From assembly GCA_029259175.1 (NCBI GenBank), contig JAPDJH010000001.1, positions 160,001-224,000 on the forward strand: 64,000 nucleotides of DNA, read 5' to 3'. Below are positions 9,507 to 19,453 of the stretch, piece by piece. Under the pieces are notes generated by a model. That model had not been told where the DNA came from. It saw nothing but the letters and a program-made list of their open reading frames with translations, and did no database searches. Made by a program: the position numbers and the translations under genes. The DNA comes from Hadesarchaea archaeon. Its GTDB lineage: Archaea > Hadarchaeota > Hadarchaeia > Hadarchaeales > Hadarchaeaceae. How positions within the stretch are numbered: position 1 is the stretch's first letter; every line of letters begins with the position of its first letter.

Positions 9507-10316
9507 ATGGTGGCCATGAAGCTCGGAATTGTAGCGAAAACACAGCTTGCCGAGGCCGTGGAGCTCAGTCGCAAGGTGCTGGAGATCGCCGGGGAGGAGA
9601 GAGTAGTTCTGGGACCCCAGATATCGCAGGCCCTAAACGCCACGTTCAGACCCGAAGAATTCAAAAGTGTTGGCGCGGTCATCGCGATAGGAGGGGACGG
9701 CACGGTTCTGCGCGCTCATCGTTTGGTTGTGGAAAAACCGGTGATTGGAATCAACGTCGGGGAGCGAGGATTTCTGGCGGAAGCCGAGCCGGCAGAAGTG
9801 GAGGCCGTGGTGGAGAATTTGTTGAAAAAGCGCTTCGAGGTCTTGGAAGCGCCCAAGCTGGCTCCAACGGTGAAAGGGCGAGAACTGCCGGACGCCGTGA
9901 ACGACATTGTAGTTCTGCCGAGAAAAGTGGGCAAGACCATATCGCTGGAAGTGTTCATCGACAAAGAGTTCGCCTTTCGGTTTCGAGGAGACGGGATAGT
10001 GGTGGCCACACCCACTGGGAGTACCGGATACGCACGGTCGGCTGGGGGCTCGATACTGGATCCGCAGACGGACACTCTCACGCTGGTGCCCATCTGTCCA
10101 TCCGCGCCGCAGGCCCCAAAGCTCGTCGTGCCATCGAGAAGAGAGATCGTGGTCAAGGCGGTTCGGCCGGGGGAGAGAGGAGTCGTGGTGGTGGACGGAT
10201 ACCAAGAGGCCGAACTGGGACTTGACGAAACCGTGAGCATTAGGAAATCCAAAACCGTGGCAAAATTCGTGGTGTGGAAAAAATTTTACCGGAAACTCGA
10301 GGAGAAGCTCCTGTGA
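9507..10316 (+). CDS. nadK: NAD kinase
   Basis: GGDGT, GINVGERGFL, GDGIVVATPTGSTGY. Confidence 0.95.
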   Translation: MVAMKLGIVAKTQLAEAVELSRKVLEIAGEERVVLGPQISQALNATFRPEEFKSVGAVIAIGGDGTVLRAHRLVVEKPVIGINVGERGFLAEAEPAEVEAVVENLLKKRFEVLEAPKLAPTVKGRELPDAVNDIVVLPRKVGKTISLEVFIDKEFAFRFRGDGIVVATPTGSTGYARSAGGSILDPQTDTLTLVPICPSAPQAPKLVVPSRREIVVKAVRPGERGVVVVDGYQEAELGLDETVSIRKSKTVAKFVVWKKFYRKLEEKLL

Positions 10317-10792
10317 CCGTGTACGTGCTGGACACCTCTGCCTTTTTGCACGTGACCCCCACCACCCTCCGAGGAGAACTCCTCACGGCGAAGGAGGTCA
10401 TTGAGGAAGCGAAGAGCTTGGAGCTGCAGACCAAAGTGGAGACTGCTTTGGTTCAAGGAGTGGTCAAGGTGGTGAGCCCATCCAGCAGCGCCCTCAGAAA
10501 GGTGAAGCAAGAGATGAAGCGGACGGGCGACAGGCTCTCGGTGGCTGACATCAAGGTGCTGGCCATAGCACTCGAGCGGAAAGAAGAAAATCCCGTGCTT
10601 TTGACGGACGATTACGCAATGCAAAATCTGGCGGAGCGGCTGGGAGTGAGGTATCGGGCGCTCCGCACGCCCGGAATCAAGAAAACCCTAAAATGGATTC
10701 GGTGGTGCCCCGCTTGCAAGAAAGAGGTAAAAGCGAATGCGAAGGAGTGTCCCGTGTGTGGAACCAAAACCTGCCGGAGGGCACTCGGCTGA
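10313..10792 (+). CDS. nob1: Nob1-family endonuclease
   Basis: VLDTSAF, LSVADIKVLA, TDDYAMQN, C-terminal CPAC..CPVCG zinc ribbon. Confidence 0.92.
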   Translation: MTVYVLDTSAFLHVTPTTLRGELLTAKEVIEEAKSLELQTKVETALVQGVVKVVSPSSSALRKVKQEMKRTGDRLSVADIKVLAIALERKEENPVLLTDDYAMQNLAERLGVRYRALRTPGIKKTLKWIRWCPACKKEVKANAKECPVCGTKTCRRALG

Positions 10793-10856
10793 AAACAAGC
10801 AAGTTTATAAAGCGGAAGCAGAATTTCTCTTGAGCGGAACGGAGGGGTGAAACGGG

Positions 10857-11543
10857 TTGTTAGGTGGAAAACTCGAAACCGAAGCATTCAAGATCTTGAA
10901 AAACAACGCCAAAGCCGTGTACGACGTGGTAAAAAAGTTTGAGGAATTCATGAACGCCTACTTCGTGGAGGAGAATCTCGACAAAGCCGAACAGTTGGGG
11001 AGAGAGGTCTCGTCACTCGAAACGAAAGCCGATAAGGGGCGACGGGACTTTTTGGCGGTGCTGCACAAGGGGGCCTTCCTGCCGGCATTTCGAGGCGACC
11101 TCGCTTGGCTGGCCGAAAGACTTGACCGGGTAGCGGACACCACGGAGGGGGCGATGCGAGCGGTGCTGCTCCGAAAACAGTTGTTACAGGCCATCAAAAA
11201 GGCCGAAAAGAGAAGCCGCCGGGTAAGGGAGTGGAGACAGCGCTTCTCGAAGATGGCCCAGCTGACCACGCAAACGGTAGAAGTGCTCAAAGAGGCTGTC
11301 GAAGCGCTCGAGAAAGATATCGACACGGCACTCCGCAAAGCGAAGGACGTGGACAGTTTAGAACACGAAGTCGATTTGATAGAGCAGGAGACCGTTAACG
11401 ACCTCTACGAGCTGGAGAAGCTTCTCGATCCTTTAAGTGTCGTGCAGCTAGCCGATATCTTGCGCAGAACTGGTAACATCTCCGATCGCGCAGAGGATAT
11501 GAGTGACTCGATTGCTATTCTAGCTATGACTCTCACCATGTGA
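10857..11543 (+). CDS. DUF47/PhoU-like phosphate transport regulator
   Basis: LETKADKGRR..GAFLP..RGD, LEHEVD, ISDRAED; adjacent to PiT genes. Confidence 0.9.
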   Translation: MLGGKLETEAFKILKNNAKAVYDVVKKFEEFMNAYFVEENLDKAEQLGREVSSLETKADKGRRDFLAVLHKGAFLPAFRGDLAWLAERLDRVADTTEGAMRAVLLRKQLLQAIKKAEKRSRRVREWRQRFSKMAQLTTQTVEVLKEAVEALEKDIDTALRKAKDVDSLEHEVDLIEQETVNDLYELEKLLDPLSVVQLADILRRTGNISDRAEDMSDSIAILAMTLTM

Positions 11544-11669
11544 GAAAAGCTCTAACAGCGCTAACAAAATCCATACCACCAGTAGTCCCAAATAGGGATT
11601 ATCGGCACACCAGCCGACGGCCAATCCGGCCAGCACGCTCAGCACGCCCAGCATCTGCCATCGCTCCAT
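11520..11669 (-). CDS. 49-aa membrane microprotein, MERWQ paralogue 1 (not in ORF track)
   Basis: MERWQMLGVLSVLAGLAVGWCADNPYLGLLVVWILLALLELFSHGESHS*; starts right after the PiT stop; paralogue at 12800. Confidence 0.7.
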   Translation of the reverse strand: MERWQMLGVLSVLAGLAVGWCADNPYLGLLVVWILLALLELFSHGESHS

Positions 11670-11670
11670 C

Positions 11671-12729
11671 TCATGCCCCCATCAACAACCATGTTAGTCC
11701 AAAAGCTATCGCTATAGGCACAAGCGGGGTGAGCACCCAAGCGAGTGAAATTATTCCTATCTTTTTCCCTCGCACGGTCGAGACGCCTCCGACCAAGCCC
11801 GCGCCTATGACCCCTCCAACTGCAGAGTGGCTGGTAGACACCGGCATTCCAAACATTGTGAGAATGTATACGGTTACGGCCGTGCCAGCCTGGGCCGCGA
11901 AAGCTGTGGGCGGTGCGAGCACGGTGATGTGCTTTCCCAGCGTTTCGATCACGCGATGGCTGAACATAATGGCCCCGCACGCGATAGCCGCGCCTCCAAA
12001 GATCTTCAACAACCCCATATCGAAGCCGGGATTGGCCGCTCCTACTGCACCCACAGCATTTCCCACATCGTTGGCGCCGAAGGAGTATGCCACAAAACAT
12101 GCGGTGAGTATGGTGAGTATCCCGTAGAGCTTGTTGAGCTCGACCACATCGCGAACACGGTGGAGAAAAACGCTAGACACGTGATAGATCAGGAAAGCGA
12201 AAAATATGGCACTCGGGACCGTAAGGATCCAAGAGAGTACGATCTGAGCGAGCTTCGCATAGCTGAGCTGAACTCCCGGCCCCGAAAGGGCCGGCGGAGA
12301 GAAGAAAACCAGAGCCAAGCCCGACCCCAGCACGCCACCCACGATGGAGTGGGAAGTTGAAACTGGAAGGCCGAGTCTGGTCGCTGAGGCCACCCACAAC
12401 GCTGCGGCGAGAATTGCAGCCAAAGCGCCCACCGGCACATAGGTGAAGGGGGTGGGCGATGCTCCGGCCGGTAAGTTGAGGTTTTCCAAACTTACGGCGT
12501 TCTCGTTTTCGAACAACACTATGCCTTTCCCTATCGTCTTCATCACGTATTCTCCTTGCAGAACTGCTCCTGCAATTGCGAAACAGGCAAACAGAATGAC
12601 AGCACGTCTCAAAGGCAGAATGCCCGCACCAACCGAGGTTGCCATAGAGTTGGCTGCGTCGTTCCCACCCATGCTCCAGCCCATGAAGAAAGCCGTTGCA
12701 AACGTTGCCAGCAACAACCATTCAATCAA
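11671..12729 (-). CDS. Inorganic phosphate transporter, PiT family
   Basis: GGNDAAN and GANDVGN repeats; PVSTSH occurs twice. Confidence 0.95.
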   Translation of the reverse strand: MIEWLLLATFATAFFMGWSMGGNDAANSMATSVGAGILPLRRAVILFACFAIAGAVLQGEYVMKTIGKGIVLFENENAVSLENLNLPAGASPTPFTYVPVGALAAILAAALWVASATRLGLPVSTSHSIVGGVLGSGLALVFFSPPALSGPGVQLSYAKLAQIVLSWILTVPSAIFFAFLIYHVSSVFLHRVRDVVELNKLYGILTILTACFVAYSFGANDVGNAVGAVGAANPGFDMGLLKIFGGAAIACGAIMFSHRVIETLGKHITVLAPPTAFAAQAGTAVTVYILTMFGMPVSTSHSAVGGVIGAGLVGGVSTVRGKKIGIISLAWVLTPLVPIAIAFGLTWLLMGA

Positions 12730-12799
12730 TTTTTCACCGTCTTTATTACGCAGGAAAAATAAAAATTGTTGACACTTAAAAGAGAGAGTGGGAAGCGCG

Positions 12800-12949
12800 A
12801 TGGAAAGGTGGCAGGTTACCTATCTCGCCGGACTTGCTGTGGGGCTCCTGTTGGGGTATCTGGTCGAACCCCACTTGGGAGCCGCTTTCATAATTCTCTA
12901 TATATTGGGTGCTGAGATGGTGTTTTCAACTCGTGCTCAGAAAAAGTGA
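12800..12949 (+). CDS. 49-aa membrane microprotein, MERWQ paralogue 2 (not in ORF track)
   Basis: MERWQVTYLAGLAVGLLLGYLVEPHLGAAFIILYILGAEMVFSTRAQKK*; fills the gap between the two PiT genes. Confidence 0.7.
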   Translation: MERWQVTYLAGLAVGLLLGYLVEPHLGAAFIILYILGAEMVFSTRAQKK

Positions 12950-13950
12950 ATCAAATACGTGAGCAAGAACGCAACGGCCATGGCCGAGAGAGTGGTCACA
13001 AACCACATGAGTGCGATTGTCGCCATTTTGCGTCCCCGAACAGCGCGCACACCCTTGACCAGACCCGCCCCCAGCACTCCACCAACAATGGACTGAGATG
13101 TGGATACCGGCAGGCCCCACTGAGTGAAGGTGTGAACGGTAAGCGCGGCAGCCAGCTGGGCAACGAAAGCAGTCATCGGCTCCAGCCGGGTGATTCCCTC
13201 ACCGACCGTTCGCATCACCCGACGACCATACGTGATGCCACCCACGGCAACAGCCACCGCTCCAAAAAGGGCCAGCTGTTGTGCAAAGCCGGCACCGAGA
13301 GATTCCTTCCCCACTGCATACATGGCGGCCATTGCGGTGCCCACATCGTTTGCCCCCATCACGTACGCCACATAGCAGCCGCTGAACAGAACCATAACGG
13401 AAAATAGCAGATTGACGGTCGTAATGGATTTTATCCTGCGCACTGGTATGGAAGCCAGCTTGTAGATGATGTAGGCGAAGAAAGCTGCGCTGAAAGGCGT
13501 GATCACCCAGGCCGAGAAGATGGTCAGCAATTTTCCTGTGTGCACTTCGGTAGGAACCTCGCCCCAAGCGCTCATAGCGAAACCAGCACCCACAAGAGCT
13601 CCGATTATGGCTTGGTGCGTGGAAACGGGGACGCCAAAGTAAGTTGCAACGGTGACCCACACGCCTGCTATAAGCATTGAAATGACGACGACCTCGGGCA
13701 TAGAGCTCAGCGGGGATGGGCCACCAGCCGGGTTGGTGATTATTCCCTCCCCGACAGGCTTCATCACCTTGTATCCTTCAAGCATTGCTCCGAGAATCAC
13801 GAAAATTGCGAGCAGGGCCACTGCCCGCCGAAAGTTGATCACGTGAGCACCCACCGAGGTGCCCATGGCGTTGGCCGTATCGTTGGATCCGATGTTCCAC
13901 CCAATGTAGAACGTCGCGGTTAGCGCTAGCAACGTAACGATTTCGAGCAT
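12937..13950 (-). CDS. Inorganic phosphate transporter, PiT family (second copy)
   Basis: GSNDTAN, GANDVG, PVSTHQ and PVSTSQ. Confidence 0.95.
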   Translation of the reverse strand: MLEIVTLLALTATFYIGWNIGSNDTANAMGTSVGAHVINFRRAVALLAIFVILGAMLEGYKVMKPVGEGIITNPAGGPSPLSSMPEVVVISMLIAGVWVTVATYFGVPVSTHQAIIGALVGAGFAMSAWGEVPTEVHTGKLLTIFSAWVITPFSAAFFAYIIYKLASIPVRRIKSITTVNLLFSVMVLFSGCYVAYVMGANDVGTAMAAMYAVGKESLGAGFAQQLALFGAVAVAVGGITYGRRVMRTVGEGITRLEPMTAFVAQLAAALTVHTFTQWGLPVSTSQSIVGGVLGAGLVKGVRAVRGRKMATIALMWFVTTLSAMAVAFLLTYLIHFF

Positions 13951-13963
13951 TTGAGAGACCTCA

Positions 13964-14455
13964 TTAGAGTTCTACTATCTCGGCTTCGAGAGAGGAGAGA
14001 TCCAGCAAGGCTACGGTTTGCCGGCCCGTAAGATAGCCGCAGACCTCCCCCGGATTGATTACCAGAGCCTTGTCTCGTGAGATCCCGGCTCGGTGGGTGT
14101 GCCCGCGAACCACCACATCGAACAGGCCCGATCTGGCAAGAGCCTCGACTACGCGTTCGCTCGTGCCGTGAAGCAAGGCTATCTTCCGGCCGGCCAGCTC
14201 AAGGGTTGCGAACTCTCCCAAGGGTTTTACACCGATTTCCCCAAATTTCACCGTAATAAAACTCCGATCGCCTTCGTTGTTGCCCCACACGTAGTAGAGC
14301 TTTGCGTTGAGCTTTGCGAATCGTGGGGCCACGAAGGGAGAAACGAGGTCGCCAGCATGTAACACGTGTTTCACGCCCTGCCGGTTGAAGAACTCGATTG
14401 CCCGGTCGACCGCGTCGATCCGGTCGTGGGTGTCGGACATCACACCTATCTTCAT
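13964..14455 (-). CDS. YfcE/MJ0936-family metallophosphoesterase
   Basis: SDTHD, HAGD, GNNE, GHTH, NPGE. Confidence 0.92.
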   Translation of the reverse strand: MKIGVMSDTHDRIDAVDRAIEFFNRQGVKHVLHAGDLVSPFVAPRFAKLNAKLYYVWGNNEGDRSFITVKFGEIGVKPLGEFATLELAGRKIALLHGTSERVVEALARSGLFDVVVRGHTHRAGISRDKALVINPGEVCGYLTGRQTVALLDLSSLEAEIVEL

Positions 14456-14474
14456 CCCCGTCACCACCACCATT

Positions 14475-15644
14475 TCACGCGGCCCGTTTATAATTGTTTG
14501 AGCCCTCAGCAACTAGCTTGAGGATTTCCAAAACCAGATTTCCAGTGCGCTCCACCGATTTTGGTTTGAGTTTGTCAGGCAGGTCATCCGGAGTGTGAAG
14601 ATATCTGTAGCTTCGAAGCCTCGCGTTTGGAATGCCGAACATTCGGGCCCGTCGATCGGGATTGGGTGCGTCGTCGTCCATGGTGAGGGTCGAGGCCTGA
14701 TAGCCCCGCTTGCTGAAGGGCATGTGATCGTGGCGAGCGCGGGCCATCCACCACGGGCGGATTCCCACCCGCATTGATTGACCAGCGCGCGCGATAAGTT
14801 CGTTCAGCTTTCGAGAAGTCCGAAGCTTGAAAAACATGCCATTGCCTTCTACGTAATACGGCCTAGTCCCGTATCCAACGGTGTCGAGATTGAGAACCAG
14901 CGCATCGGATGGAACGAGGCGCGATTTTGCCAGATGTTTGCTCCCCGCTAGACCGTGCTCTTCGGCCCCCGTGAACACCACGTGAACACGCAAATTGGGG
15001 AAAGGCCGCTCCACGAGAGCGGCAGCAATCGTCAACAAGACTGCAACACCTGAAGCGTTGTCGTTCGCCCCCGGAGAGGGTCGAGATTTGAAAACCAGCG
15101 ATTCTACGAGCAGCGTGCCCGCCAGCAGAACACCACATCCCATCACAATCCAAAGGGGTGCGAAAGAGAAAATTCTCAATGCTACGCCGAGGGTGAAGAG
15201 CAGCAAAAACAGTGATCTCAGGTGGCGGATGAAACCGCGGGGACGCAACCACGCGCTATCGTAGTGTGCCATGAGCGCCACTGTCCGGGGGGCGCGGGGA
15301 TCTCCAATCGTGCTCACGATGTTTCGGCTTTTCCGTCGCGGCAGTAGGTGAGGCAGCCACCAGTTCGACAAAAGCGATGCGAGCCAGAGCACCGCACCGT
15401 GCAGAGGCGCTAGCAGGGGCTGAAGAACCGCTCCCAGCAGAAAAGCAAAAGAGCGAGCACGTGTGCGCATTCTAGCATCCACAAAGCTGAACTCTTGGAC
15501 TCGGAAGGAAACGCCTAGCGCTTTCAGTCTCTCGGTGATGTAGGTGGCTGCCAGGTCAGATCCGCGCGTGCCGGCGACTCTTGGCCCGATTTCGTAGGCG
15601 AGTTTGTCCAAATGCTCGAACGCCTGCGCTGTCTGGAATTCCAT
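14475..15644 (-). CDS. M28-family peptidase with membrane segments
   Basis: AHYDS, GANDNASG, AEEHGL, NLD, LHTPDD. Confidence 0.88.
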   Translation of the reverse strand: MEFQTAQAFEHLDKLAYEIGPRVAGTRGSDLAATYITERLKALGVSFRVQEFSFVDARMRTRARSFAFLLGAVLQPLLAPLHGAVLWLASLLSNWWLPHLLPRRKSRNIVSTIGDPRAPRTVALMAHYDSAWLRPRGFIRHLRSLFLLLFTLGVALRIFSFAPLWIVMGCGVLLAGTLLVESLVFKSRPSPGANDNASGVAVLLTIAAALVERPFPNLRVHVVFTGAEEHGLAGSKHLAKSRLVPSDALVLNLDTVGYGTRPYYVEGNGMFFKLRTSRKLNELIARAGQSMRVGIRPWWMARARHDHMPFSKRGYQASTLTMDDDAPNPDRRARMFGIPNARLRSYRYLHTPDDLPDKLKPKSVERTGNLVLEILKLVAEGSNNYKRAA

Positions 15645-15689
15645 CCGAACCCTTCGAATTTTATATCCGATACACAAAAAGTTTGAATT

Positions 15690-15774
15690 GCGGGGGTAGC
15701 CAAGCCAGGTCAACGGCGCCAGACTCAAGATCTGGTCCCGTAGGGGTTCGTGGGTTCGAATCCCACCCCCCGCA
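15690..15774 (+). tRNA. tRNA-Leu(CAA)
   Basis: Acceptor stem GCGGGGG/CCCCCGC, anticodon arm CCAGA-CTCAAGA-TCTGG, long variable arm, GGTTCGAATCC. Confidence 0.95.
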
Positions 15775-15960
15775 CTAATTTACCGGTAAAATTTGAGAAA
15801 GTTGATTTTTCGAGATTCCCGAGCCTAGCTCTTGTGGAACTACTTTGCAAAAGAAGTTTGACGGCTTTTTCTCTCCAGCAGCGGCGAGTGAAATCTACAG
15901 AAGCACGAAACAACCGTGAGCACGATTAAAGATCCTTCAGTTACAAACATCGCTGGCTCA

Positions 15961-16140
15961 TTAGACCACCAGCAACTCGCCGTAGGGCACAACGCCTTCG
16001 TGCCTGCAATTTTGAGCTGGCGGAAGGCAGGGTTTTCCTAGTTCCCGCTGTATAGCGTGAGGTTTCCGAGTTCTCTTCGCTCGAGCAACCCTGCCTCGTG
16101 AAAAGTGCTCAAGTAGTGCTTGGCAGAACCTGGGCTACCA
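15961..16140 (-). pseudogene. Remnant of a wHTH-fused minimal nucleotidyltransferase (MNT antitoxin-like)
   Basis: Manual translation SPGSAKHYLSTFHEAGLLERRELGNLTLYSGN*ENPAFRQLKIA, then ..YGELLVV*; no catalytic core. Confidence 0.45.
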
Positions 16141-16147
16141 TAAAAAA

Positions 16148-16459
16148 TCAAGTAACACGCGGCCAGAACAAAATGGTTCTCTGCCGTCTCACTTTGGGCG
16201 GACGCCGGGCCCTGACCACCTTCCGAATCTTGAACCGTCCGTACACGACCTTCTCACGCCTGCGCAGCTTCTCTTTCCACCGCTCGTAGACCGAGACAGA
16301 AATCGGTATGAGGTTGCGCGCGAGATTTTCAATCGTGTAGGCCTGAAGCGCGTAGGACTTGCCAGTTCGCTTCGGATCGTCCAGCTCGCACTCCAAGTAA
16401 ATCACGTAGCCGCGGGGATCGTACAACTTGAAACGATGTTTTCTAGGCATTGTGACCAT
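16148..16459 (-). CDS. Hypothetical basic protein
   Basis: 103-aa ORF with no recognisable motif. Confidence 0.5.
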   Translation of the reverse strand: MVTMPRKHRFKLYDPRGYVIYLECELDDPKRTGKSYALQAYTIENLARNLIPISVSVYERWKEKLRRREKVVYGRFKIRKVVRARRPPKVRRQRTILFWPRVT

Positions 16460-16539
16460 CCATTCATGCGATCCAATCCATTTAGCCGAAGCGGTGCGCG
16501 AGACACATATATTAGGGAACTGATTCTAGAGAGTGAAGG

Positions 16540-17559
16540 ATGCGAGAGATAGGAGTGGGAATCGCGGGTATGGGCTTTATGGCCCGCATGCACTCGCGCG
16601 CCCTGTCGAGAATACCAAACACCCGAGTCGTCGCCGCGTGGTCCAAGTTCCCCCACGAGCACGAGCGCTTCCGCGAGTTCACGCGCAAGCTCGGACTCGA
16701 GGTCTCCCGGTATTATGTGGATCTGAACCAGTTCTTGGAGGATCCAGAAATAGACGCCGTTATATGTGCAATCCCATGGAAGTTCATCTACCCAATCGCC
16801 CGCGAAATCATCCAGAACGGCAAGCCGGTGCTTTTGGAGTGCCCGCCCGGAGCCACCCCTGCAGAAATAGACAAACTGAACCGGCTGGCCCGAGCGCGCG
16901 GGGCGCCCGTGATGCCCGGGCACTGCTATCGCTTCGCCCCCTGCTTCAGAAAAGTCAAGGAGCTCATCTCCAAGCTGGGTCGGCCGGAACTCGTGAGCTT
17001 CCGGGAACTGGTGCCGGCGGCCAGCTTGGCGCGCCAGTGGGCTCCCGACTCCTGGATCTGGAAAAAAGAGCACGGTGGTCCCCTGCCGACCATGACCGTG
17101 TTCGCAATGGATCTCGCCCGGTGGCTCGCCGAATCCGAGGCAAGCACTCTCTATGCGTCGCTCTCGCTCTCACGCCTCAAATCCCTGAGAATCCTCGGCT
17201 ACGCAACAACCATCACCATACGGTTCAAAAACGGCACTGTGTGGAATTCGGAATTCACCAATCTGGTCAACGAGGCACGCGGTTCTCTAATGAACTTGGA
17301 AGTTATGAGCGAGAGATATGTTACACGTGTAACAAGCCCCGAACACGTCGAACTCTTCACCGAGAAAAAAAGAGAGTGGATGCTCGAACTGGAGCGCCCG
17401 GAGCGCTGGGGACACCAGGACCAGGATCTCCACTTCATCAACGACGTGGTCTCAAAAGGAAAACCCCCAGCCGTCACGTTAAAGGACGCAGAGAAAGCGT
17501 TCCGCCTCTCGCTCGCAGCTCTCCGCTCGGCTCGCCAAAACAGGCCGGTGCGTCTCTAG
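16540..17559 (+). CDS. Gfo/Idh/MocA-family oxidoreductase
   Basis: VGIAGMGFMA Rossmann motif; GKPVLLECP as an EKP variant; GHCYRF. Confidence 0.9.
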   Translation: MREIGVGIAGMGFMARMHSRALSRIPNTRVVAAWSKFPHEHERFREFTRKLGLEVSRYYVDLNQFLEDPEIDAVICAIPWKFIYPIAREIIQNGKPVLLECPPGATPAEIDKLNRLARARGAPVMPGHCYRFAPCFRKVKELISKLGRPELVSFRELVPAASLARQWAPDSWIWKKEHGGPLPTMTVFAMDLARWLAESEASTLYASLSLSRLKSLRILGYATTITIRFKNGTVWNSEFTNLVNEARGSLMNLEVMSERYVTRVTSPEHVELFTEKKREWMLELERPERWGHQDQDLHFINDVVSKGKPPAVTLKDAEKAFRLSLAALRSARQNRPVRL

Positions 17560-18456
17560 CTCGGCGGAGGTTTCGGCTTTTTCAGCAGAGCTGAAATCCG
17601 CTTGAGATAGCGTTCTTCCATCTTCCGGTCTTCCCAGGCCTTCTTCCACGCCCGCTTGAACTTGGAAAGCACGTCGGTCTCGGGTATCTGGAGCTTCAAG
17701 AGCTTTTTAGCAATCTTCCGCATCGCAACAGACGAAGGAGCTCGCGGATACGCGGCAGTCACCGGCAGATTGCGCTTGAAGGCATCGTCGAGCAACTCGT
17801 CGTATTCTATCATCCTGCTATCATCCCGAGCAGGGGCACCACTTCACTGGCATAATCCATCCACCCCTTCAAGTTGGGCAGCCCTATCGGAACCTTGTTG
17901 AGAACCGTGCCTATCGGCTTCAGCCCAAGCATGCCCTCCAAGCCTATCGATGTCTGCTTCGAAGAAAAGATTGAACCCACGTCCGGAGTAACTACAAAAA
18001 CAATCGCATCCGAAACCGCGGTAAGAATGAAGTGCTCAAAGGTCACTGATGGCGGTGTATCTATCACGATGTAGGAGAAATACTCACGAAGACGCTTCAT
18101 AACTGGTTCAAACCGCTTGACGGTGTCGCTCACGTATTTTATCACATTGCGAGTTTCTGGCGGCAGAAAACGCGCACCAGCCGGCAGAATTGAGAGCTGC
18201 GGATAGAGCCAGCGCCCACGCGATTTGAGCTGGCACCGATAAATCGCGTCCGCTAGATCGTACTTGCCCTTCAGCACTTGGGCAAACGTAATATCCGTTT
18301 TGGGGGTATCTTGAGCTCCACCATGCGAACGTAGATGTCGCCGTCGAACAGCAGAACTAAATCCGATTACAGCTTGCTCATCCAAGCCGAAATCCTCATC
18401 GCCACCGTCGACTTGCCGACTCCTCCCTTCGTTCCCAGAATCGATATCGCGGGCAT
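17556..18456 (-). pseudogene. MinD/ParA-family ATPase pseudogene
   Basis: Deviant Walker A GTKGGVGKS; in-frame TAA at 18367-18369; frameshift near 18300; 11-nt duplication at 17807-17826; IVIDTPP and VLNK motifs. Confidence 0.85.
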
Positions 18457-18603
18457 TTCACTTCAGCCCCTTCCCCTCCGGCTCGGTGCTGGGATCTGCA
18501 AACGCATGGGCGGTGCTCTCGTCACCTCTCTAGCCAGCTTGCCTGCTTTCCCCGCAATAAAACTTTTCTCACCACAGCCTCATCCTAGATCCATGCCACT
18601 CGA

Positions 18604-18802
18604 TTATTTCTTAAGCGCGATCTTATTCGACTGCAACAAGCAGTCGAACGCCACGCAGAAGGTCTGATGCCTGACCTTGCGCGGCAGATTTTTCCAAAGC
18701 TGTGTTTTCGCCGAATTCTCCGGAGTGCTCGCGCGCAAAGTTTTCGATCATCAGGAGGGTCTCCAGCGTAGGGGAACAGGATGCTCGCTCGGCCTCCATC
18801 AT
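18604..18802 (-). pseudogene. Frameshifted small wHTH-like protein
   Basis: SPTLETLLMIENFAREHSGEFG / LWKNLPRKVRHQTFCVAFDCLLQSNKI split across two frames. Confidence 0.45.
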
Positions 18803-18850
18803 AGGTTCTTTGGAATTATATCAATTTATATACAATTCGGTCGAGAGGGG

Positions 18851-19453
18851 CTAGCGAGCGGACATGCGGACAAAATTCCGCAACATCTGCAGTCCGACCT
18901 TTCCACTCTTCTCCGGATGGAACTGGGTTCCCACTACCCTTTCGGTGGCGAGAACCGCCGGGACACGCGTTCCGTACTGGGTGGATGCCACGACGAGGGT
19001 ACTGTCCGCTGGCTCAACATAATAGGAATGAACGAAGTACACATACGCTCCGTTCGAAACTCCTTCAAGAAAGGGGTGCTCACGCTCGATGGTGAGAGTG
19101 TTCCACCCCATGTGTGGTACCTTAACCCCCGCGGGCAGTTTGACAACTTTGCCGGCGAACACTCCCAAACCCTCCGATCCGCCTCCCTCCTCGCTCCAAT
19201 CCATGAAGAGTTGCAGCCCCAGGCACACACCCAAAACGAATTTGCCGTCTTCGATGCACTTCCTCATCAGCTCGCGGTCGATGCTCCGCATGGCGCTGGC
19301 ATGGGCGCCCACACCAGGCAGGACTACGATAGACGCTCGTCTGATATCTGCTGGGTCATCGGAAATCAGCACTCTTGCTCCGGCCATCTCCATGCCGCGC
19401 CTTATGCTGTGCAGATTTCCCACGCCGTAGTTCAGGATAACGGCCTCAACCAT
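18851..19453 (-). CDS. hisH: Imidazole glycerol phosphate synthase, glutaminase subunit
   Basis: GNLHS, LPGVG, GVCLGLQ, PHMGWN, YFVHSY, QFHPEKS. Confidence 0.97.
   Translation of the reverse strand: MVEAVILNYGVGNLHSIRRGMEMAGARVLISDDPADIRRASIVVLPGVGAHASAMRSIDRELMRKCIEDGKFVLGVCLGLQLFMDWSEEGGGSEGLGVFAGKVVKLPAGVKVPHMGWNTLTIEREHPFLEGVSNGAYVYFVHSYYVEPADSTLVVASTQYGTRVPAVLATERVVGTQFHPEKSGKVGLQMLRNFVRMSAR

Noticed and set aside
15645-15728. N-terminal extension of the M28 peptidase
   Set aside because: It overlaps tRNA-Leu on the opposite strand; ATG 15644 is more plausible.
54-16459. Integrated element bounded by tRNA att sites
   Set aside because: No integrase and no duplicated tRNA 3' end were seen in the window.
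18367-18369. Stop-codon recoding in the MinD-like gene
   Set aside because: The stop is TAA and two further frameshifts are present; pseudogenisation explains it.
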